From: Eledone cirrhosa
Taxonomy: Eukaryota
Length of the DNA: 64,000 nt
Direction of reading: 5' to 3'
NCBI GenBank assembly: GCA_964016885.1
Contig: OZ024745.1
Location: 4,464,001 to 4,528,000 of the forward strand
Shown: positions 27,215-39,200 of the stretch, piece after piece
Numbering within the stretch: the stretch's first letter is position 1
Layout: each line of letters opens with the position of its first letter
Translations under genes and position numbers: made by a program
Notes under the pieces: generated by a model
Databases searched by the model: none
Told to the model about the DNA's origin: nothing
What the model saw: only the letters and a program-made list of their open reading frames with translations

Positions 27215-30200
27215 GAATGATCAGAGTGAGAGAAAGAGAAAAATGGAGAAACAAAAACAAGCATGTGGATATTGTTAAACAGAATATTTTCTCAAACTTT
27301 TGGTGATCTTTATGTCTTATATATATATATATATATTTATTCAGGTTTGAGGTTCACCACTGGATAGAGCTGGTCAATCGTAATGCAATAATATAGAGAG
27401 TACTCAACGTAAAGCAGTTCAACCGTCTTTGTTTTTGTAGTTGGTGGTGCTAGTACGGAGTTAAATATTATAATGAAATGACAGGAGGTTGGACTTGTGT
27501 AAATCCTTGAAAGGTTTATTATACTATGATCATTTCAATGACCGGGTTCCGTATGAATCCGGTGATATCATCAGGTATTCGAAATATAATAAATGAATGT
27601 AATAGATAAAATCCATGGGGCTGAAAATCGAGGACCCGAGGACGACCGCCATCCAGCATCTTCTACCTTTGCCGGTCGCCCTCAAGTGAGGTGGCTAAAG
27701 CTTATAGTGTGCTACTACCGGTCAAATAGAGGAAAACAGAAATGGAGAGGGAGATAAGTCAGTGTTAATATCATGCCACAAGAAAAAAGAAGGGGGAAGG
27801 AAGAAAAGTCAGGGTTAATGTCCTACTACAAGAAGACAGAAAGAAAGAAGAAGAAAGGTCTGTACTAATGTCAAACTACAGTCAGGCCAGGAATGTCGCG
27901 AAAAAAATCTATTCTAAGGGACCCGTATCTTAACTACTACTGGTCAAATATAGGCAAACAAAAAGGGGGAGGAAGATAAGTCAGCGTTAATATCATGCCA
28001 CAAGAAGAAAGACAGAAAGAAGGGGGAATAGAAGGAAGAAGAAAAGTCAGGGTTAATGTCGAGCTACAAGAAGAAAGACAGAAAGAAGGGGGAATAGAAG
28101 GAAGAAGAAAAGTCAGGGTTAATGTCGAGCTACAAGAAGAAAGACAGAAAGAAAGGTTGGTACTAATGTCAGGCCAGGAATGGCGCGAAAATTTTTTTTT
28201 CTAAGGGACCCGTATCTTAGCAGAGGTAAATATAGTGGGGGTCTGTATGTTATAATGTGTGAGCAGAAGATTGGAACGTTACATTTTTGTTTAGAACGTT
28301 ACATTTTTGTTTTCCGAGCACTCTAGGAATGTATAACAGGCTTCAGGTGCGCCAGCGGGAAGTCAGCCCGCATCGTTAGGCCATCCTTGTACAAAACCAG
28401 TACTATTCCTTTACCCAGGAGGGGGATTTGCTTAAGTAGAGGGAGGTGTGATACATCTAATAGTTATGATTAGATCTGTAATTTAAAGGTACTATATGGC
28501 GATCAAAAAACCGGCTGCGCGCCGGCCTCTGGGACGAATCAAGCCACTCCGAGTAGTTTCATTTACCGAAAGAAGGGGAAATTTATTTTTCCAAGCACTC
28601 AAGGTAGGCCTATGCGCCAGGGAGCCGGTCCCGCCGCCAGGAAAACCAACCCAACAGTCCGACAAAGTTGGAACGTTAAATTATTGTTTAGATTTATAGG
28701 ATGAAGTTGAAAAAATTCAGAATAACATTATAAAATTAAAGAGTAAGAAGATTGAGAATTGAACAAACAGAAAATTGAAAATTAAACATTTTAAAAACTT
28801 TTTTAAGGTTTTGGGTTGCGGGGTTTAGTTAAAGAGAGTATTTTATGAAGAAACTTTAATTGTATTATATAGATCCTCTATAAGTTATCCTAGTGGGATG
28901 TAGAGTAAGGGATATAGTCGGGTAATATTTATTTTTGTTCTCCGGGGGAGACATTCTAGTGTTGTGTGCTAATGGGTACAAGTGAGTAAAAGTCCCAATA
29001 AGAGGAGTAGAGATACATGGACACATAGAAGTAGAATATGTGGAAAAGCACATTAATAAAGCAAAGGTATAAAGATATAAATAAACTTCTCTTTTCTTGT
29101 GGCATGATATTAACGCTAACTTGTGTTCCCATCCCTTTCTGTTTTCCTTTATCTGACCTGTAGTAGCACACTGTAAGTTTTAGCCACGTCACTCGAGGGC
29201 GACCGGCAAAGGTAGAAGATGCTGGATGGCGGTCGCCCTCTGGTCCTTGATTTTCAGCCCCATGGATTTTATCTATTACATTCATTTATTATATTTCGAA
29301 TACCTGATGATATCACCGGATTCATACGGAACCCGGTCATTGAAATGATCATAGTATAATAAACCTTTCAAGGATTTACACAAGTCCAGCCTCCTGTCAT
29401 TTCATTATAATATTTAACTCCGTACTACCACCACCAACTACAAAAACAAAGACGGTTGAACTGCTTTACGTTGAGTACTCTCCATATTATTACATTAAGA
29501 TTGACCATACGGAATTGACCAGCTCTATCCAGTGGCGAACCTCAAACCTGAATAAATAATGCTCCTGAAATGTTGAGCACTTCCAAATGTAATAATGAAC
29601 AGCAGCATGGGACTGAATATATCTAACCACCATTCGGATTTTGGCTACTCGGTGCTTTGCCTACCACCCACCTGGCCCATTGCTACTTCCCTCTCCAAAT
29701 ATTCAGACTTCGACGAAATTCTACGGATTATACCATAACCTGTATTGTACTGTACTGTATTGACTAAATTCGCTACCCTATACTTCAGGGCCTGTGTAAC
29801 TCACACTGAATTCTCAAACTCGAACACACACTGATTCCATTTCCACATCTATATGCATTATCTGATTGTATATATATATATATATATATATGTTTTTTTT
29901 TAGTGTTAGTTTCTTATTTTACTAACACTTTAAAACAAAAATCTGAAACAGTTATATGACGAAATGTCTCCATTTTTTTGTTTATTTCACTTTATATACT
30001 TAGTTTATGTATATAACTTACTTTGATGGCAAAGTTGACTTTATTCACGATTGTATATAAAGTCAACGGGTCTTTTCTATACATTTTGCCATTTCTCTTT
30101 TAGCTTTTATGTTTAACTAAAAAAACCGAATAGTTTCCAACTGAAGGCCAGATCCATTGAAAATACACCAGAAAAGACATAAATTGTACCCCAAACTCTA

Positions 30201-33200
30201 GACAGGTGTAATTGGAAACAAAATTGCCAGAGACTTGTAGTATTGGGAGCGGGGGACAGTTACCATTCCTCTAAATGTTGATCAAAGGATAGTTTGGGTA
30301 CCTATTGATAGTATTTGATCAATTGGAATCATAAAATGGCCATATTATATCATAGTCCGTCGTATTTCTTTCCAGCGTGAATAACGACGAGTATGATGTA
30401 TAGTTTACTGGTTATGTTGTTAGGTGTATTGTATATAAGGGTATAGTACAGCCACCCATACCCTGGTGGCACACAGAGATGCTACAATGTACGAAGTGTG
30501 ATACTTCATGGTAGTGAGACATGGATATTAAATATGTAAGGAAGCTGCAGTAGAGGAAGACCTGAGGTGGTGAGGCTCACAGAAGAGATGAGGAAGGATG
30601 CTGTTCTATAAAAGATACGTCTAGCTGATGAAATCATTGAAAAGCAGGTGTAACATGTTGATGATGCAGAGACTGGAAAGGCGGTGAACATGATACAATA
30701 AATGTGCAATGCTACATGTCAGTGGAGCCCGTGTTAATGTGTAATGCTACATGAGAGTAGAGCCCGTGTTAATGTGTAATGCTACATGACAGTGGAGCCC
30801 GTGTTAATGTGTAATGCTACATGACAGTGGAGCCCGTGTTAATGTGTAATGCTACATGAGAATAGAGCCCGTGTTAATGTGTAATGCTACATGACAGTGG
30901 AGCCCGTGTTAATGTGTAATGCTATATGAGAGTGGAGCCCGTGTTAATGTGTAATGCTACATGAGAATAGAGCCCGTGTTAATGTGTAATGCTATATGAG
31001 AGTGGAGCCCGTGTTAATGTGTAATGCTACATGACAGTGGAGCCCGTGTTAATGTGTAATGCTATATGAGAGTGGAGCCCGTGTTAATGTGTAATGCTAC
31101 ATGAGAATAGAGCCCGTGTTAATGTGTAATGCTATATGAGAGTGGAGCCCGTGTTAATGTGTAATGCTACATGAGAATAGAGCCCGTGTTAATGTGTAAT
31201 GCTATATGAGAGTGGAGCCCGTGTTAATGTGTAATGCTACATGAGAATAGAGCCCGTGTTAATGTGTAATGCTATATGAGAGTGGAGCCCGTGTTAATGT
31301 GTAATGCTACATGAGAATAGAGCCCGTGTTAATGTGTAATACTATATGAGAGTGGAGCCCGTGTTAATGTGTAATGCTACATGAGAATAGAGCCCGTGTT
31401 AATGTGTAATGCTATATGAGAGTGGAGCCCGTGTTAATGTGTAATGCTACATGAGAATAGAGCCCGTGTTAATGTGTAATGCTATATGAGAGTGGAGCCC
31501 GTGTTAATGTGTAATGCTACATGAGAATAGAGCCTGTGTTAATGTGTAATGCTACATGACAGTGGAGCCCGTGTTAATGTGTAATGCTATATGAGAGTGG
31601 AGCCCGTGTTAATGTGTAATGCTACATGAGAGTGGAGCCCGTGTTAATGTGTAATGCTACATGAGAGTAGAGCCTGTGTTAATGTGTAATGCTACATGAG
31701 AGTAGAGCCCGTGTTAATGTGTAATGCTATATGAGAGTGGAGTCTAAGTTGAGAGAGGAACTGTGTTAAAAGTATTGGCTGATCTATGTAAAAGAGACAA
31801 CTACACTAGTGTAGATATGAAAGTGCTGTTTGCAGTCAGTAAAATTTATTGTATATACTCGTATATAAGAGAAATATGTGACCAAAAAATCAATGGTAAA
31901 ATGAGGAATCAGCTGATTTGAGGTCTAGATTTTTGCTGATTTTCACCAACTTCAAATTCTATGTAAATGAGGTGCTAAAGAATTTTCACTTAGGAGGTAA
32001 ATATTACATCAGTTTCACTTTGAAGGTGAAATTTGTTTTGAATGAATATGGACTTATAAACGGTCAGAAATTGATTTTAAAAAATCATGTAATGGAGTTG
32101 TGAAACAAAACCTATACTCTCAACGACATTTGAAACATTTTGAACATCAATATTAAAACTCCTGAGAATTTCAAAACCACACCATCTACACACAGTGTGT
32201 TGATTAGCTGTCTCGGCCTTTATATAGGGTTTGGATGTTTCTCAGTCATAAAATAGGGGGTCGGCTTATATTCAAATATATATACGGTACTTGTGGCAGT
32301 TAAATCATGTCAAAGGTTGACATGTTTTCCAGTTGTTGAGCCCCACAGATAAAATAGACAAAAAATAAGCAATATTGTGTACAGTAGGGTCATCCAACTG
32401 ATGTCACTAATATTGATAAACATGTTAAAAGGACTGCCTACTACGACACTTCATTCCAATCAACGATACAACCATAGCTTAGACAACACGTGATCCATTG
32501 ATGTCACTACTGCGACACTTCATTCCAATCAACCATACAACCATAGCTTAGACAACACGTGATCCATTGATGTCACTACTACGACACTTCATTCCAATCA
32601 ACCATACAACCATAGCTTAGACAACACGTGATCCATTGATGTCACTACTGCGACACTTCATTCCAATCAACCATACAACCATAGCTTAGACAACACGTGA
32701 TCCATTGATGTCACTACTGCGACACTTCATTCCAATCAACCATACAACCATAGCTTAGACAACACGTGATCCATTGATGTCACTACTACGACACTTCATT
32801 CCAATCAACCATACAACCATAACTTAGACAACACGTGATCCATTGATGTCACTACTACGACACTTCATTCTAATCAACCATACAACCATAACTTAGACAA
32901 CACGTGATCCATTGATGTCACTACTACGACACTTCATTCTAATCAACGATACAACCATAACTTAGACAACACGTGATCCATTGATGTCACTACTACGACA
33001 CTTCATTCTAATCAACGATACAACCATAACTTAGACAACACGTGATCCATTGATGTCACTAGTACGACACTTCATTCCAATCAACCATACAACCATAGCT
33101 TAGACAACACGTGATCCATTGATGTCACTACTACGACACTTCATTCTAATCAACCATACAACCATAGCTTAGACAACACGTGATCCATTGATGTCACTAC

Positions 33201-36200
33201 TACGACACTTCATTCTAATCAACCATACAACCATAACTTAGACAACACGTGATCCATTGATGTCACTACTACGACACTTCATTCTAATCAACCATACAAC
33301 CATAGCTTAGACAACATAACACATGATCCATTCACCATTTCCAGCATTGGAAAAAAAAGGGCAGCATAAGATATCCTGCCTTGAGTTAGTTTCCTCAATT
33401 ATTCTTTTGGTAAAGGGATTTTATCCTGAAATATTAAGGACTACTAAACAACTCCAAGATAACATTTCAACATCATTATATTGTTTAACGTAAGGGCGGT
33501 TAATTGGCAGTATCGGTAGAGGGTCGGGCGCCATGCTTTGACGTATAGAGTTACGGCCCTTGCCATTCTGAGTTCAAATCCTGCCGAGGTTAACTTTGCC
33601 TTTCATCCTTATGGGGTCGATAAAATAAAGTACCAGTAATCTACTGGGTAATTGCTGGCCTTGTGCCAAAAGTAGAAACAATTATATTGTTTAACGTTTG
33701 ACGTCTCATTTGTATTGCTGTAGTCTTCTCATAGAACAGTATTTTCTAGACTTCAGACAACACTACAAGCAAACTACAATACCTTAGGTTACTCTAAACC
33801 AAACAAAAGTGGTTCTACAGTTTGGAGTACTGAGAAGGTTGATATAATAGAGTGACATAGAACAGCTATAAATTTGTTGTTAATTGAATAAGATGAAATC
33901 TCTGCCTTCCATTTGTCTTTGTTAAAATGTTTCCTTTAATCCTTGCAATTTTTCAGCCTCAGAACGAACATATTGAACTCCATCGTAAGCGTTACGGACG
34001 TCGGTTTGACTATGAAGAGAAAAAGTAAGCAAAAAATATCTTCATATTTCTAATGTGAGGGGTTGATTGGATTATTAGTGATTTGGATGTTCAGCTCACT
34101 ATTGTAAAAAATTAATTGTACCAATAATTCAAGGAGCTAGCTTTGTCACACATTGTGTCATGCTGAATCTCCCTGAGAACTATGTTAAAGGTGCATGGGT
34201 CTGGAATGCTTAGCCACTTAGAGATTAATTTCTGAAGCAGGCAGTTCTGTTGATTAAATCAACTGGAGCAATGGCCATCAGAAATGACAGGTCTAACAAT
34301 GATACTATGAATTAAGTAATCTATTCTATATTTTGGAGATATATTTTATGTAGTTGGTGTTAGGTAGGGCTTCCAGGCATAGAAACTGTGCCAAAAAGAG
34401 TGGGGAGGAACCTTAAGTCATGACATGATAACCTCTTTAGTGCTGATGCCACAACAAATGTACCCAGTGTGTCCTGTAAGGTGATAGGAAGAGTATCCAG
34501 CCATATGTAAACTTGCTAAACAAAGGGTAGAGAAGGTCTTCAGGTGTGTCAAAGACATGGCAATCTCCTTAGTACACTGGAAATAGACAGTGTGAGGATG
34601 ATAGGGCGTTTCAAACTCAATGTCAGCAAGTTAAAACTAAAGATCAAAACAGCAATACCAGTAATTAGCCAGGTCTCTCCTTTTATATTTAAGAAGGCGC
34701 CACGGGAAAAAAGCACCCAACACTCACTGTAAATGAGGTTGGTGTTAGGAAGGGCATCCAGCTGTAGAAATGAAGCCAAAATCAGTTCCTGTATGAGCAA
34801 GGCATGGTCAGCCGACCAGACACTGCCCACAACAAGACAACCCGTCTAACCCATGCTAGCATGGAAGAACGGACGTAAAACGGTGATGATGAAGGATTTA
34901 ATTAGATTATTAACCTTTCTCTATAATAATAGTTATGTCACTTCTCATAAATGTGTTGTTTAATTATGTTTCTTTTTTTTATTTCACTAGACGAAAGAAG
35001 GAAGGCCGTATGCCTCATATTATGTCTGATAAAGCACAGAAAATTAGGGGTTTGAAGTAAGTATTTATGTATTTTTGTTGACATTCTGATGGTGGGGGAT
35101 TATTGTATGTTTACATAGCTTTGTTACCATTTTAAAATTAATGCTAGCTTTATAAGATTTTTATTTTGTTATCTAACACATCTGACAGTACACACTTTTA
35201 TTAGGAGATCAGCTGCAGTTTGGAAGAATCATTAGAACGTCAGAATATTTTGTGATATTCATTCTGGCTCTCTGCACTCTCAGGTCAACTTAGCCTTTCA
35301 TTCTTTCAAGGTCGATAAAGTATCAGTCCAGTCCTGGGGTTGATTTTTTCCTCTATATTTCTTTCTCACTCTTTCTCTCCTTCTCTGGAAGAAATCATCT
35401 CAGTTGAAAGCTGGAGAGAGATGGGTTCTGCCAGGTTTAAATTGTCCAACAACTGCTCTATGTCACAATGGTACCCCTAACACTCCATCAGGAATTCTGG
35501 GTCCATACATAAAAAGGGACGAGAAAAAATTAAAGACTAAGAATCTCTTAAATAATGATTTCTTATGTAGGCTAGAAATTTAAGGGACAGCAATAATCAA
35601 TTATGTGAACCTTGGAGAGGGCTAAAGGTAAAGTTGGTTTTAGTGGGGTTTGAACTCTGGAGAGGGTTAAAGGTAAAGTTGGTTTTAGTGGGATTTGAAC
35701 CTTGGAGAGGGTTAAAGGTAAAGTTGGTTTTAGTGGGGTTTGAACTCTGGAGAGGGTTAAAGGTAAAGTTGGTTTTAGTGGGGTTTGAACTCATCAAAAA
35801 TTGTTATATAATGACACCAAATAGACTATTGTGATGTATTATAGCTAAATAATAATATTATCTAACTCTTAACGTTCTAGTTTAGGAGGAGAAAATATCT
35901 GAAAATAAGTTTAATTAATATGTTTATAATATCTTTATTAGTTAACAGATTGGTGTGAAATTTTGTAACATTTGAGTAAGGACTTCAGATTTTTATGTGA
36001 TACAGTCATAGTTTGGTTTGTACTTTTCCAAGAATGTTTTTGCTAATGCTGTTTTGTGTAGTACAGGATATTAAGACTAATGGGTTCATTTATTTAATTC
36101 TGATGTTTTTGTCAATATAAAGCCAATAGTAATGGTATAGAATGGGATAAAGTCAGTCTGAAGCCTAATTTGAGCAGGCTAATGACGTATATATCGCTAT

Positions 36201-39200
36201 TTCTGAAGAAGTGAGATGTGGTTGAATGTATCACAGCTTTCACATTACACAGTTGAGACATCTCACCTGGATAAGGGAGTCTTACTGCAGGCTTTGGTTA
36301 GCAGAGGATTCTGGTTTATCACTGAAAACTCAGTAAATACTTGTCTCATATATATATAGGGTCAAACTGAAAAGTTCATAGGCTGACCAAGATACTCTCA
36401 TGGAATGACCAAATGAGGTTTATTTTTCAACATAGTCCCTGAAAAGAAACAATGCAGTTATTAATAAGAAGAGTTGAAATTAATGCATGCAAGATTTCAC
36501 AGCTCTAGCATCACCCCTTCATAGTCAGCCTATGAACTGTTCAGCTGACCCCCATGTGTGTGTGTGTGTATATATATATCATCATCATCATTTCATTTTA
36601 CGTCCGCTTTTTCCCTGCTTGCTTGATTTCTACAGCTGGATGCCCTTCCTAACACCAACCTCATTTACAGTGAGTGCTGGGTGCTTTTTTGCCGTGGCAC
36701 CTCCACGACCACTTTGCAGTGGAATGATATGGGCCCCAGTCCCTATCATCTCATTTCTACAGCTGAGTAAACTGAAGCAATGTGAAATAAAGTGTCTTGC
36801 TCAAGGAAACAAATATATATATACAGTGTAGCCCTGTGGTCCCATTCACACAATTTTCTTTAGAACCTAGTAACTGTGGAAGCCACCGCAATATTCATGG
36901 AATCATAAATATCTTGATTTTTTAATGGCTTTTTTTCATGTCAATATATATTTTTAACACTAAATTATCAATAACAATATACCGTATTTGCTGGTCTATT
37001 AGATGCCCCTTAGCATAAGACTTCCTCTTTTTTTATTATATTTTATGTTATATTTTGACGTTTATAGGCATTTTTATGGACCATGTGCAATATTTGCAGT
37101 TTTTGACTCTGCACGGGTGCTCCAGGAACATAACCCCTGCCAATACTGAGGGACAACTGTGTATATATATTATATAGCCTAACTATCTGTAACACAAATT
37201 TCAAAAAACGTGAAAACCACTTGATCACCTATAGATCAGGGGAACACTCCAGCCAGATAGATTATATCCTTACTAGAAGACGGGACAAAATGTCTGTTGT
37301 AAACACTAAATCCCTCCCCCGTGAAGAATGCACCTCCCAACATAGCCTAGTAGTTAGTGACCTCATAGTCAGGAATAGACGTACTCGACGACAGAGGAGG
37401 CCTACCTTTAGGAGAAGAATATGGAAGTTGAAGGACCCCATAGCCAGTAACAAATTTAAAAGCTTATTACTTGATGCCTTTGACAATAAGGAAGAGCAAT
37501 TAGAGACGTGCAATATAGAGGAACAGTGGCAATTCTTGAAAGTGAACCTGATGAAAGCTGTGGCAGGAGGAGAGTAACTTGGTGGTGGAACAGTAAGGTG
37601 GAAGAGACAATCAAGGCCAAAAAGCAGGCTTGGAAAGTATGGCAGGATGGGGGAAGTAGAGAGCACTATCAAGTGGCCAGGAGAGAAGCTAGGAGACAAG
37701 TGTACCTTGCAAAAAGGGTAGCAGAGGATAGAAAGTTCAAGCATGTTCTGCAATGTGAGGACCAAAAACGTGAGGTGTTCAACATTGTTAGACAATGTAT
37801 CAAGGAAAACCGTGATATTGTCGGGGAGAAGTGTGTCCATAATGATAATGGTGTACTTGCGCTCACTGATGCTGATAAGAAGATAGCCTGGAAGTGTCAC
37901 TATGAGAGACTATTAAATGAGGAGAATAAATGGGAAAAAGATAGTCTGCCCCAAATCGATCCAATAGAAGGACCAGCGGTGCAAGGTAAAGGTAGTATAA
38001 TAAGTAAGGCAATCAAAGATATGAAGACAGGCAAGGCAGCTGGGCCTTCGGAGGTAGTTGCTGAGATGTTGAAGGCATCTGGTATGGCGGGACACACTAT
38101 GGTCACCCGTATAGTTAACCATGTAATACAGAATGGGGTCATACCGAAAGACTGGCGTAGCAGCATCATCATTAACTGCTACAAGGGTAAAGGGGATGCT
38201 CTAGATAGGGAAACTATAGAGGCATTAAGTTAGTTGACCAGGTCATGAAGGTCACAGAAAGAGTAATAGCACAACTAATCAGAGAGCGAATTGATCTAGA
38301 TGAAATGCAGTTTGGGTTTGTGTCAGGTAAAAGTACCACAGACGCTCTTTTCCTTGTACGACAACTACAAGAGAAGTACCTAGCTAAAAGTAAACCCCTC
38401 TACTTAGCTTTTGTAGACCAGGAGAAAGCCTTTGACAGAGTCCCCCGCTCCATTATCTGATGGGCTCTTAGAAAACTAGGTGTAGATGAATGGCTGGTGA
38501 GAGCTATACAAGCTATGTATAATGAAACAGTCAGTAAGGTTAGAATTAACAATGAATATTGTGAAGAATTTAATGTAAAAGTTGGCGTTCATCAAGGCTC
38601 TGTCCTTAGCCCCCTCTTATTTATTATTGCCCTTCAGGCTATAACAGAGGAGTTCAAGACCGGCTGCCCATGGGAACTCCTATATGCAGATGATCTAATG
38701 CTCATAGCTGAATCAATGGCTGAACTAGAGAAGAAATTCGAAACATGGAAGCATGGCCTAGAATCAAAAGGCCTTAAAGTTAACTTGTCTAAGACTAAAG
38801 TTCTAGTTTGTAGAAAGGAAAATAGGGCACAGGTGTTCTCGGAAATGGCCATGCTCAGTGTGTAGGAAAGGAGTAGGCAGAAATTCCATTTTATGTCCCA
38901 AATGCAAAGTATGGGTACATAAAAGATGTAGTGGGATCACAGGTAAGCTATCTAAGAATGTAGATTTTATACGTGGCCAATGCTCAGGTGCAATAAGTAG
39001 CAAGTGTCCAAAGGATACTAGCTCCTTCCATTGCCCATGGTCAGTAGGCACCTCTTAACCGAATATACACCCCAATCTACCACCCCTACCCTATTCTCCC
39101 ACTCCCATCAACAGCACGAGAAAATGAGATCGAGTTTGTGTAGGTGTCACGACAAAAAAAAAAACACACAGTCCACGCTGTAATGTGGCCGTGTAGGTAA

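Larger units (their letters stand above)
27334..29558. mobile_element. Non-coding Penelope-like element with ~460-bp inverted repeats (27334-27792 and 29086-29558)
   Basis: The arms are highly similar reverse complements, each holding a minimal hammerhead. (TA)n abuts the left arm and recurs at ~29868. No RT or GIY-YIG ORF was recognised between the arms. Confidence 0.7.

Noticed and set aside
27995-28204. ORF beginning MPQ, like NSA2
   Set aside because: It is a tandem purine-rich repeat inside the Penelope-like element, and the similarity is only three residues
33492-33590. tRNA gene
   Set aside because: A and B boxes are present but there is no cloverleaf; the SINE body, TSD and dispersed copies identify it as a SINE
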